A stretch of DNA of 64,000 nucleotides from Carcharhinus longimanus (Eukaryota), in NCBI GenBank assembly GCA_030264375.1, contig JASCQW010000119.1:9834103-9898102 (forward strand). The letters run 5' to 3'. The notes beneath the pieces were generated by a model that was not told the origin of the DNA, made no database searches, and worked only from the letters and a program-made list of their open reading frames with translations. The position numbers and the translations under genes were made by a program. Position 1 is the first letter of the stretch. The number at the start of each line of letters is the position of its first letter. Below, in pieces: positions 50,860 to 63,539 of this stretch.

Positions 50860-53615
50860 AGGACATTTGACAGGAATTGATCCTGGAATGCAGACAATGT
50901 ATTTAAATATCATTAAGCTCCATCAGAAGACCCTTTGGCTTTCATATTAGCTGTCTAGGCAACAAAGGAATACCTGTCCGCTTTGAATATCGCCCTCTCA
51001 ATCTTCAATGTTGGGCTGATAATGGCAAGAAAATTTCCTTTCACATAAGAGATTGTAATGCAGGTTCTCAGAAGCAACGATCCAACCTGTCTCTGATCAA
51101 ACTCAATTGCATTTCATCAGTGATTCCTCAAAATTTGAGACTTTGAACATCAACATCAACCATAAATTTGAATGGCTAACTTCATTTTCGCTTGATACAA
51201 AAAAAAAACAGAGTTGTTGAAAGAATAAGAGTAAAGCTTCATGATAAATATCAATGTTCATAATCACCCGGAATGTGGTCTGCCTTTCAGCACTGAAGCG
51301 ATGTTCCTGATGACCAATTGTCTGTACATTCACCGTGAACATTAATTCCATTATTAATAATAAGAAAATATGCAACTCAGTCTCTTACACAAGGACTCTT
51401 CTGCACAGATCCCTGCTGCAAGGACTTTGAAAAGTTCATTTTTTTTTGATAGAATAAATTCGTCCTCACCAGAATAACACATTTGCAATCTTTTTTCAGA
51501 GATCATGCCTTCTGTTTCTCGATAATTCTGCCAAGTCTTTTAAAAATGCCATATGTTTCAATGAAGATCACCTTGGCTTCTGTCAAATTTCAAGGAGTCC
51601 TAACATGTTTGCCCTTTCCTTGTCAGACAATAGCTGCACATCTCAAATCACCCTGGTATATCTTCTCTGAACTACCACCAATAAGGCATTATATTTCTTT
51701 GTATCAGGGGATGATAACAGCACACAATATTACCAATGCAGAGCTGCAGATAAATGTCGCCACTTTTTTTCACAGAAACCACCTCAATGTAATGGCCAAC
51801 ATTCCAAGATTGTCTTTGTATAGCTGCTGTAGTTGTGTGAAAGCGTTCTGTGGTCCATGCGCAAGTGTCCACAATTCATTTCGGGTGATAGCATTCTGCA
51901 GCTTTTCTCTCTCTGAATTTCAGTAATACTCTGTAAGATATCAGTATCTTGTCAAATATCCTGAAACCACTCAAATCTTTCATTGTGTTGCGTATTTTGC
52001 TGCAGTATATTCACTTCCTTCCTCCAAACAATTTATACCATCTAAAACGTTGTTGTTCCGGCGCAGATTAGTGCATAAACTCACTGGTAGCATGTCGCTA
52101 AACTGCAAATTGGGTTGTAATCTCATGCGATGTTGCGAGGACATTTATCATTTCTCGTTCGATGTTAATTAACTATGTCTAATACCGTGGGTTCTTACAA
52201 TTAAGCATCAGTGACCTGACGTTCGGAAGATCAAAGATCAGAACAAGTAGATTTCTACATGTTCCGTCATTTCATCCCAATGGTAATATAGCCGTTAAAA
52301 AACTATTACATTTTCGCACATAATGTCCCTTTGGTAAAGTCTTATAATAACAAAGAACAACACAGCACGGGAAACAGGCCCTTCGGCCCAACGAGCCCGC
52401 GCCGCCGTCCCATTGTCTCAGTNNNNNNNNNNNNNNNNNNNNNNNNNNNNNNNNNNNNNNNNNNNNNNNNNNNNNNNNNNNNNNNNNNNNNNNNNNNNNN
52501 NNNNNNNNNNNNNNNNNNNNNNCAACCACCCTGCTCACGCAACCACAACAGGCCGAACACCGAAGAGGTCCAAACCTCAATTCAAGCGCCCAAGTTCCGC
52601 TTACCCAGATGATTCTCACGCCTTGAAGCTACCAAGAGTCTCCACAGGCCTCCAACGGCACCACTGGCTGGGCTGAAACCATCATCGCATGCATTAAGTC
52701 GTCTATATTCAATACAGTTCAACGCATGTATATTTCCCATCTTAACTATCTTACGCTCAGTAAGGAATCCAAATTAGAAATCAGGAAACTATGGAAGTCT
52801 CAAAGCAAACATTCATGTTGCAGTCTCTATGAGCTTTTCAGTTGATGTCAACTCACACACCCATTGAAGGAGACACACCGAAAATAGATGAAGGATTTGA
52901 AAACTATAATTTTACTTACGGGGATGAAACAAAATTCATTCGATGTAAATGCATGGGTGAAATTCCACTTGTAATTGCGCAATGCTTTTGTACACAAATA
53001 TTCAAAATAATTCGACATCTCCCTTGTTCATTAAGGAAACTTAGTTCTGGCTTCCAATAATTCGATTCCTATATTTGAAAGTACACTGCCGATTTTTCAT
53101 TAGCTATTCCTAATCCAAAATGTGGTGGAAACTGACAAGCACGATAAAATTATTATAGTTTCAGCACGATTTCTCTGGTAGTAGCGCTGAAAGTGCCAAT
53201 AAATAAATAAATTTTAAATATTTGCAAATTTCGTGTAACTGCAGTGAAAACCACATCGGACCCAACTGACATGCACCGTCTCCTGAATATATTTAATACA
53301 CTGGCTTCATCCACTTCCTGTGGTAATGAATTGCACAGGTTCACCCCGCTTTGTGTGAATAAATGTCTCCTCATCTCCATTCTAAATGGCCTACCCCGAA
53401 ACATCAGAACATTCCCCCTTGATTTGTTCTCCTCTACCATCGAGAATGTCGTCCTTGCAGCTAGCCTGTCTCGTTATATTCGAAATTCATTAGTCTTATA
53501 CGTTTTCTAATTCGATGGCTATTGTAAGTCCATGCGTCCTCTCCCTCCTTCCTTTCAACTCCTCCTTCCATGGATTGAAACATCCCTAATCCGCCCATGT
53601 GTGCCTGCGCTGAGG
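50860..53615 (+). repeat. Tandem segmental duplication, copy 2 (middle lies in gap 52423-52522)
   Basis: The junction CTG-AGG-ACA joins the unit end (CTGAGGCC, 53610) to the unit start (CCCAGGACA, 44088). Confidence 0.93.
52344..52422 (-). mobile_element. CR1 3' end, family C-like, present only in duplication copy 2
   Basis: AACAAAGAACAACACAGCACGGGAAACAGGCCCTTCGGCCCAACGAGCCCGCGCC resembles the reverse complement of 42070-42135. Absent at the matching site (~45566) of copy 1. Confidence 0.85.
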
Positions 53616-56229
53616 CCTTGTGGGCGTCTTCGGATGCTGACACCAAAGAGCTCGGTCGAACTGACATGTCAGCACCACATTGCTGATAGTTATATTCGGA
53701 TTTCACTTGTCTCGTGAGCGTAAGTACAGCTAAATTAATTTGCACTTTCCACATGTCCTTTTTTTATTATTTCAAGCCTTTAAAGATAATGTTCCTCAGC
53801 ATGTCTAAGTTATTCACGTCAATTCTCGTTAGCAGCTCTTGATAAAGTGCTTAATCGAGAATATTTACTTTTTGGGCGTATTTCTATGTTATGGGAAGTT
53901 TGGATCAAATTGCGTTTTTCCAATTGTGCTTTCCAATTGTGATGATTCTTGCTAATTTTTACTTCATATTTATATTCATCCCATGATACAACAAAAAAAG
54001 TTGATCCATTATCACCACTAAGGTTACGAGATCCTAACAAAGTTTATTTTTAAAGAGAACGCATGACTTCGGCAATAAGCTCAAATTGAACTGTTTCCCT
54101 TGCAATCGCTTAACTGTTGTGTCAGTAAGCACGTTGTCAAAATATAGCTGATTCTTTTGATAAATTGTTTCCCTGTCCGTTCATGCCTGATTTGCATTGA
54201 TTCCCTTCATAGCGGTTAGGAGAGCATACTTTTTCCGTTCAATCATATCGTTGTGCGTTCTTTGGGTGCCATGATGAGCATGTGTAACAATTATTGCTGT
54301 GAACGTGGAACGCTTGCAAAATGTCATGCTATTAAATTTGTAGTGTTTCTGTTGGACTAAAGCTTTCGTGAAACTAAGGTGTTATGCATGCCTGTCACAC
54401 AGATTGTCCACCAGTTGCGAGACACAGTAGCATTCAAGCCTCTGCAGGAATGTTCCAATACTTACAGCGACTCAACATTACTTTAACACCAATTTTTTTT
54501 CAAGGTTGGATTTATCTCGCCGCCTGATAGCTGTGCTGTATGTTTCAAAGTATATTTGTGTTGATACTTTTGTTGTATGTGATTACGTAGGTAGAACGCC
54601 CATGTGTTTTACATGACTCTATAGGTAGTCGTTTAATTTTCGAAGATGCATAATTACGTGAGTCAGATTGTGACCGTGGAAAGAGTGAATGCTGGTGTGA
54701 CGTGTAATATTAGTATGCAGATGGTTAACTGAGACATGCTCATGTGCATTTTTTTTAACGTGTGTTGATGAGACTCTCAGTTACGTTGGGATTTTTTTAA
54801 TGGACATTCGGTGAGCACCTTGGAACGCTGTGACTTGCTGAATAGATTGGAATGGCGCCACATCAATTGGCGCAGAATATTGAGTTGAGTACGATGCTGG
54901 ATTATTATTTAGGTAATTGCCTGAGGCAGAAACTGATTGTTTCAATGTGCAAGACGAAATAATGTTGGACCTTAGCTGAATAGGGGAGTTATTTGGACAG
55001 TACCTGACTTGGCGTGTTGGATATTAGTGTAGATTGATACTTAGCTGGGTTGCGAGTTGCTTGAATTGCAGAATGATATGTAGCTGAATAGCGGAACAGA
55101 ACAAGTTGACCAGGTTAATGTTTGCATCGCTTGTCGTGTTCTAATTTCTGTCTCTGGCAGTGTTGAAACGTGATTAAACAAATTAACTTATTTGATACAT
55201 CATTGGGTCGACGACGAATATGCCTAGGAGAGGTAGATCTGTTTGGAAATGAGTTGTGCTCTTGAGCGAGTTGAAGTTTGGTGAATGATTGTGGGAGGCA
55301 GCGAACAAGGAATGTTTGCACATTTTTTTTTTAACTTGGCGAGTTGGCTTGTTCTGTGATTTTTTTTTGATGTGGGAATGTGTCAAAGAGAATAATTAAA
55401 GATACAATATTGCCCACAAGAGATGCAGATCACATTTTTTTCTTTCTGTTTGTTTTAAAGCTGTGAGATTTTGTAATTACTTTTCCTCTGCCCTCCCGAA
55501 GTATGGTGCAGATGCAAGCATTCTATTATTGTTTAATGTGAAATACTTGACAAAGCAAGCAATGTGGGAGATGGATTACGTCAGGGACTAACATTCTTCA
55601 AAATCGATATCCAACACGGGCACGATGTATTGCATTTCGGGCTGCAGTAGAAAGCCACGAAGGAAATGGTGGATGTTTTTTTTTAATAACCGTTACAGGG
55701 TTCTATTCAGGCTCACTGGGCTTAGAAGTCCGGGCAAGTTGTACGTTTTGCAAAAAAAAATGCTGCTATGGGAAGCTAACCAAAATGAGACGACTGCCAA
55801 TTTTGCTTTGGCTCTCCACCGTACGTTCGAAATTCCCTGAGGATCAGACTGCAGTGTCACTGATTGCTGTGGCATAGTCAGCATGTCTTTCTTCCGGGAT
55901 GATCAAGTCTAAATAAGTAAATGTTTTTGTTTTTTGGCAATTGCTAAGGAGGATTGCAAGTCACAGTGTTATGCACACAGCTGTTAAACGATTTAGTGTG
56001 AAACTTGAGATGTTCCCTTGTCCCAGACTGAAAATAAATCTAATTTAATGTTAAGCAATGTATCGTCGGAAGTAGGAGCGAGTTTTTGGTCCATGGCCAG
56101 ATGAAAAGTGATGAAAGGTTTTACGACTGCAATTCGGTTCTCCCTGGAATTTTATGTAGGTCAGTGCTTGTTCTAAAAGGTTTATGTGGCAACATATAAG
56201 TGTGATGGCAATATATACAATATGTATCA

Positions 56230-56875
56230 CAAATGACCACGTTGTTGGTACAGAGAGGCAAACAGCTGTCTCAAGAATGACTGCGTGAGCAGGAAGTTGG
56301 GAAATGGAGTTCAATGAAAAGCAACATCTTATTGAACATACTTGCGAAGCGAAAACTATACAGAGGAATACTCAATGAGTTGAAACATTTTAAGTGGATA
56401 TTCTGAAGCGAGAGAGAATTAAATCAATATCGATTATTGTGTAAAATTTGCAGGGCACGTTGATCAGCCGCTCAAACAAAACATTATTCTTGTTTGATGG
56501 CAAAATGTCCAATGCAAGTCAATATGTGTTGATGCAACAATGTCCATCATTTTTCAAGGCCTTAGCTGCAGTTTCATGTACGTTTTTGAATATAACATTA
56601 TTTGGAAGAATTAACACCATTAATTAGCACATGCAAGTGTGATTTCTAAACTTAAAATTTGGACCTCCACAGAGAAATTGGTTATGCTTGGTTGCCTACT
56701 TCAGGATTGAAGAGGGAAGTGCAAAAATATTTGCGCTGTACAAAGTTATATGTTATGAAAAAAGAAGATTAACAGGCAAGATATCACACCNNNNNNNNNN
56801 CCACCCCCCCCCCCCCCCCCACCCTTCATCCCAACGCGTTTGAGAAATCAATTGTCAGAGAGGATGGATGGAAGG
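56230..56875 (+). mobile_element. Highly degraded CR1 RT 3' part
   Basis: TGGGAAATGGAGTTCAAT (~WQMEFN) and later weakly colinear motifs. Confidence 0.5.
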
Positions 56876-59800
56876 TCATCTGGTGAGGAAAAGGAAAGGT
56901 AAGGTGTCAAAACTCGTGGCCAGTATCGGACCCACGTGATTTTCATTGCTTATCCGGCTGGCTACTTTTGGAAAGTGAGCTGATTTAAAATGATGCCTCG
57001 GGCTGACGTACAATAATTTGTATGACTGTGGACCAGGAGATGTGAAAACGTTGATTTGGGAAATGTTTGCTGGTACAAGGACGATGGGATCATCACGCTC
57101 GTTCTCCAATGTAGGTTCCCGACAGTTCCATAGTTGTAGCTTTGCAACGGAACGCCCTCGTCTAAAATGAATTGTCTCTTCATTATTAGATCAAATGATA
57201 AGGTTATTTTACTTATTTTACTTTAAAATAACCTTGGTTATTTTACTGAACGTTCTCCCTGTCCTTCAATATTCTATTTGTTTGGTACCCAACATTGTTG
57301 CAGTTTATGTCAGTACAGCAAAATAAGAAGTGTCAGCTATGTAAGCTGAAACCATGAATTTGAACAGCTCGCTTTCAGGCTTTCATTGCCAGCAATTTGC
57401 TCGCATGTGGCAACCCATTGAGTAATTGATAGCTGACTTCCTACTCTGCTCAACACCCCATAGCTCGTCGGGTAATTACCCAACAAATTTTGGAATGATC
57501 TTTGCCCGTTGTATTTTTTTTCTTGGCTGAATACTGAGCTCCTAGTGCAATATTGACTGCTATCCAACTATTTTTGCTGCATTGCTCCCGAATATAACTG
57601 CAATGGAAATTATATCACGTTCTAAATCGCATATTTCTCAATGAAAAGAGTGAAAATGTTTTCCAGATGTACTCAATTGCCGCTCAAAAATGCAACAGGA
57701 ACTGGTTGCTTCAAGCTTTCTCTCTACTGTTCTTATCAATCCATTGACAGGAAAGATTAACATATGGCATCCTGTCTGTTTTCCGCTGTCGCCATCATCC
57801 CAGGTTGAGTGTAAATCTCATGTTGGTGCATTGTTTGGATTCCTGCCATAGGAAACAAGGGTATTGGACGTACTTAATTGTCGGGGCTCTGGAGAAAGAA
57901 ATTATTAAAACAAAATATCCTCCTGGAAGAGGTTTTACAACACAATGTGATGCTGGAGATCATTTGGAGGCAAAAGGAGTGTGCCAACAATAAGCAACCA
58001 AATTATTGTATTTCTTGACACATTTGTCTCTTTGAAATACAAACTGTCCATATTTTAACTGCATTTTGTACCGTATGACCTTTTCAGGAAAGATAAATGT
58101 CTGTCTTCAGATTCAGTATACCATAGAAATGCACTTCATTGAGCAAATACTCATCGTGTTGCATTGGAGTGAAAAATGAACTGTTCAATTTCTCTCGGCG
58201 CTTTGTGCAACAATTAGGGAGAGCAATTTTGATTGTAGGATGCTCGTAACTTCCAAATGCAAATGCCATTTTGGCTGAGCCATGGAGAAGGGGAGACTTG
58301 CCATATAAATGAAGCATTGCAAGGATGAAACTCTGTGTCACAAAGCTGACAAATCAATTAATATTAATATCGAATAGCAGAATTACTGAAGTGGCACATT
58401 GCTCGCATGTGGGGTGGGGGGTGCGGGGTGGCGGGCGTGGCGACTTTAGCAAGATTTGTACAGGGAAAACCAATACTGAATTCCACGGAACCAAGATTAA
58501 CATGGCGAAGCAAATGTTTTGCAGGATGGATCGTGTACCATGAAAAAAACATTTCATACGTGATTCACGATTATTGCAAAGTGGGGGCTTCTACTTCCTC
58601 GCTCAAGATATACATGTTCAGTGATTCCTTTTCAGAAAAAAAAACTGTTTAACTGAAAAGAATGGTGTCTGCAGTTGCCTGGAGTCTCGCTTGTGGCGGC
58701 AGCTGCGCACAACGCACTATACTGATCACAAATAGCGCCAAACATTGAGATGAATGGATCTTTGAGTACCTGCTATTTTTTTTATTTACATCAGTTGGAG
58801 AAAATGAGACAATTGGTTCTTACAGCTCTGGTTTTGAAACACCGTCAGGTGTTGTTGCAAGGGCCAAACAAAGCGACGGCGATGTGGCGTGAACAAAGGA
58901 TTAAGAGGATCATGCTGAGCACCGTGAGGTGTGTGTGACGATGAGGCATTTAGCATAACTGAATCTGTCACAGCTGGCTGAAAAGTGAAATGCTTGTCGT
59001 GCAATGAAACAGGGACCAAATGATGGCAAATATTTTTATTTCTCACCAGTACCATATTTGTGAGCAGGAACTACTGTACGCAAAGGCAATACAATGCTAA
59101 TGGGCGTGCAAGTTTCTGTGACAATAAATTTCATGTATCATTGTATGGTTATGTACGGACTGCTTCATGAGTTAGACTGCAGATTTGTTAGAAGGTTCAC
59201 CATTGTCGCAGCCTCAAGGGCAACAGCGGATATATAATCGAGATGGTGTAGACAATGAAACAACATTCCAATCAAATTCTAAGAAAATATTGAGCATCTT
59301 GCAGTGAGTTACTTGCCAAATAATTAGCATGGCCACAAATCGCTTGCCAACGAAAATCAATTAATCCATGACGTTTCACAAATCCTCGAGAGGCAGGGTT
59401 TGCATCAGCCGGATTGTGATTGATGGATATGTGTTTCAATTATGTCGAATGGTTAATTTGTTGCACATACGCTCTGCTGGGAAATCTTTGAGCGGGAATA
59501 GAAACATTAATAGGCCGAAATATATTTAACTCTCTGATTGATCATCTGACCTGTGATCAACGTGGCACAAAAATAGGTGTGTCTTATATTTTCCAGTGTT
59601 TTTTTTTCATGATACTTGCATCCTCATTGATTCCCAGGTGTCGTAATTGTTTGCTACAACGTCCCCTCCCCATTTCATCAATTACATTATTTGTTTAATG
59701 TTGTCAAGTGGTATCATCAGAATGCTTGGCTACATACATTTCCAAGTAATGCAGGAAGCAGAGTCGCACAGAAGGATAATTTTGGTCAATCACCATCAAA

Positions 59801-60392
59801 ACAGCAAGAAGGAGAAAGGAGACTGGGCTGCAGAAGGTGACCTCAAGCAACACGGACAAGTGAGCATGAGTACAGGTATATGTTCAGATAATAGTTTCGC
59901 AATCAAATTAACCTGCTTCAAGTTACGTCACATTCTCACAAATAATGGCTGAAACAATGCAAACCGGTCAAATAGAATACCGTGCCTTGTTCAGGTAATT
60001 CAGCTGGGCAACTGGCTTGGAATCGTATGAAAATGAGGGAGTGGAGGGTGTATTTGCAACTTCAGGGGCTTCATTGACGGGGAAAAAAAAGCAGACAGGC
60101 CCTTCGCAGAGTTCTTCCACAATGATTCCAACCAGAATGTTGCACCATATTGTTACACAAATGTTACACGTCCTCTTTGTTTCCACATTGGGGTTGAAGC
60201 AACTCATCATGCGCGTCACTTTGTTTTGACTACACCTTTTCACTTAACCCTGTTGTGTGCAGCAGCTTATCCACTTTTCCCACCAACGGAAGCAGGTTTC
60301 TGGTTGCACTTAATAGACTACAAGCTGAAACCATCCGAACAGTCCAGCTGAGAAATGCGATATGTTCATCTCATTCCGATCCCAGGGAATGA

Positions 60393-60719
60393 TCCCGGGT
60401 GTTAGCGATGGAAAGATGGTAGGAGTGGAGGGCCTGAATGACATTACTGTTACTAGAGAGGCAGTGCTCGAAAGACTGGAGGGACTGATTGTGGACAAGT
60501 CCCCAGGACCGGATGGAATGCATCCAAGGGTTCTGAAAGAAATGGCNNNNNNNNNNNNNNNNNNNNNNNNNNNNNNNNNNNNNNNNNNNNNNNNNNNNNN
60601 NNNNNNNNNNNNNNNNNNNNNNNNNNNNNNNNNNNNNNNNNNNNNNATCTTATTGAATGGCGGGGCAAGCTCGAAGGGCTAGATGGCCTACTCCTGCTCC
60701 TATTTCTTATGTTCTTATG
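60393..60719 (+). mobile_element. Young CR1 family A copy
   Basis: ITVTREAVLERLEGLIVDKSPGPDGMHPRVLKEM, gap, 3' UTR and tail. GAATGA direct repeat at 60387-60392 / 60719-60724. Confidence 0.92.
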
Positions 60720-62279
60720 AATGACGCCTCCAGCAGTATTCACATGCGTTAGACGAGGACATGAAGGGAGCTATTGCTGAACAGTAGTCCTGCTCGTTGT
60801 CTTGCACTTTATTATGCTGTGGCATCGACGAAGTATATTCACTTTTTAATGCCAATTGCTGCAAAGACGACCTGGAGGAGTAATCACTAAGTTTATGTCG
60901 GTCAAAAAAAAATCAAAAAAGGGGGCTTGGAGGAATGAAAGGTGTTCAGAATTCAAGACTTCGACGCAATGTGACGCCTTTAGGCAGTTGACGTCCGGCG
61001 CTTACCGCTTTACGTCAAGGTAATTCTTCGAATGTTATTAAACATTAGGCTGCATTTACAAAATTACAATTGCAAATGTTCTTGTCCTTCATTCCCGGCT
61101 ACACACTCGTCAGCGTCCCAGCAAACGAAAGCATTCGAATGCGGTACTCTCTATTGGCCTCTAAAAATCTTTGGTCATTTTATGGTGTCAAAAACATCTG
61201 CTGAAATTATGCTGGACAAATTCAGTTAAAAAAACACAGTGACCCTTTTTTTCCCCGTGGATTTGAAACTAGAGTTCTACTCAGCATTGTGTTTCCATAA
61301 CTTCATTTTTTTCTACATTCCTGCTTCAAATCAGATGTTTTGTTTCCTGTCTGACCCGTGAATATAAACCCGCGAAAGTTTTCAATGAATATTTCACGGA
61401 ATATTGCCGATAACTCTTTAATTTCGTACATAATCAATAAAAAAATGGAGAGTGTAGCCATCATTGGACAAAAAGAAATCGAGATATTTGTTTTTTTTTC
61501 AGTAAGCATTAATGCTGCAGGGAAGTTCCGTGCAAATAAATAATCCCAATATCAATCCTGCTTTGGGGTATGTGGAAAATTTGTGCCAGTTTTGAATGTA
61601 CAAAATGGAGAGGAAAAAAACATATTCTCACGTTTTAATATGATAACATTTTTTAAAAAGAGAGACGCAATAAACAATACCATGTAGACCATACCACCAA
61701 AATTGCAACCACAAAGCGGAAAACTTTGGAAAATTACGTTGAGGACAGGACAAACTGAAAGTTCATACTCGTATTGCAAATGAAGAGGATTGTTCAGGAT
61801 TGTTTAGGGGATAAGCAACAACGCATAATGGTTTTCTTTGGGGAAGTGCATCCTACGCCAATAAAGTCACTTAATGCTGGGAATACTACTTCTGGTTAAT
61901 TATGATCATACCTGAATACAGGTAGTTCTCTTTCAGCTGGCATGATCTTGCTTTTTGCTCTTGTTTTGAAGAATCACGGGCAAATAGTTAAAACAAAAAC
62001 TCAACTCACGTTGGACTGCGGACAACTGATTAGTTCGGATGGAGGATTGAATGAGCAAAATAAAATAGAAGGTCGTGAAAAAATGTATGATATTCTAGTT
62101 GGCAAGTTGTAACTGACGTGTTACCAAAGGGTTCTTCCCTCTTTCCCTAACTATTTAAATTTCGCATTAATTAATTGCATAAAGACATGCAAGGTNNNNN
62201 NNNNNAATTTGGTGGGGCAGGAAGTTCCGATGATGAAGTAAAAAAAAGAAGTTTACAGATTGTGGGAAAATTTGAAATT

Positions 62280-62580
62280 GGAAGTTCAATGTCGATAAGA
62301 GTGAACTTATCGATTTGGTTTAGAAACTGCAAAGGTATGTTATTATCCAAGTGGAATTTGGGAACCTGTTTTTGCAATGTGATACAAGGGCCTTCGCGAT
62401 TGAATGACACAAATGTGTCAACGAATAGATCAAAAGAAGTGATCTGTTTTTGTGACTCCACGTGATATTAGTGGGGGTGGGAATTAGAATATCCTGTAAA
62501 TTTTTGCTCCTCTTACTCGAGGAAGGATATAGTTGCCTTGGACGTGGTTCAGGAGAAGTTCACTGGGTTGATTCCAGAGT
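62280..62580 (+). mobile_element. Degraded CR1 RT fragment
   Basis: AGGAAGGATATAGTTGCCTTGGAC..GTTCAG..TTCACTGGGTTGATTCCAG (~RKDI.ALE.VQRRFT.LIP). Confidence 0.65.
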
Positions 62581-62581
62581 T

Positions 62582-62745
62582 GAGCGTGTTTGGCACGTGA
62601 GAGGAAACAGGAGCATCCGGAGGAAACCCACGCAGACATGGACAGAAAGCGAAAACTGCACACCGACAGTGACTGGAGGTAGGAATTGATCCCGGATCCC
62701 TGGTACTCTGAGGCAGCAGGGATAACCACTGTGCTGTCATGCCTC
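62582..62745 (-). mobile_element. HE1-type SINE, 5' half
   Basis: GGAAACAGGAGCATCCGGAGGAAACCCACGCAGACA...CCCTGG..CT.TGAGGCAGCAG..TAACCACTGTGC. Confidence 0.88.
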
Positions 62746-63346
62746 CCGGAAAACTCTCCTCGTGCATTCCTTCATTATCAATCAATCAATTGGCTACTTC
62801 AAAATCCCACACCAACTATGCCATGTGAAATCTTTCCCTACCGGGTAAACGGCCGCCAAAATAAAATTATCTTCGCAGAAATTCTGGGCATTCGACCGAG
62901 GTTTATTTCAGTTGCTCAAAAAAGTTTTTATATGTAAGGTTCCATGCTGCTATAAGTTGTCCCTCGAAATATTTGCCGACCATTTTGATGCTAAAGTTAA
63001 CAAGTCGAAAGGCTATTTAACAGGTCTTTTAATTAACTTTTTTGTTTCATCCATAGCTAATTCGAGATGTATACTTAACCGGAATACAATGATAATTTCA
63101 GTGTATTGCTCAAAATGATATGAGCAAAAAGGCAGATTCTGAGGCATTGCCCACTATGTCAAGCCATATCCAAATTATAATCCATGATCCATGTGCCTAT
63201 CGACTATTGGCATTAACAACGGGAAAAATGCAATCCGCAGAATGACATACAAAATTTATTAAAGTGCCACATCAAATTATGTTTCAAATATTCATTTTGG
63301 TAGAACTGTCAAAATGCTAGTAAGTTGATTTTTTTCTCTTTTGCAG

Positions 63347-63373
63347 AACAAAAAATCCCCCTTCAATTGGAAG
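63347..63373 (+). CDS. Short coding exon E11 (27 nt, phase 1-1): EQKIPLQLE
   Basis: Strong acceptor tttttttctcttttgcag, donor AAG|gtaaaa. Open. Confidence 0.72.
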
Positions 63374-63539
63374 GTAAAATATAATTCTTCGATATTTGTA
63401 TTGCTCCCATGATTCTGAGCCATGTGAGATCTTTCTCTGTCGTATGACTCACTCAATACACAATAGAGTGTCCCCCAAGCGTGTCAATAGCAGGAATNNN
63501 NNNNNNNNNNNNNNNNNNNNAAAATCCCGGGCGTCAAGG

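Noticed and set aside
56863-56898. 36-nt candidate exon with AAG|gtaagg donor
   Set aside because: Needs the third of three tandem AGs, has no pyrimidine tract and overlaps a CR1 remnant.
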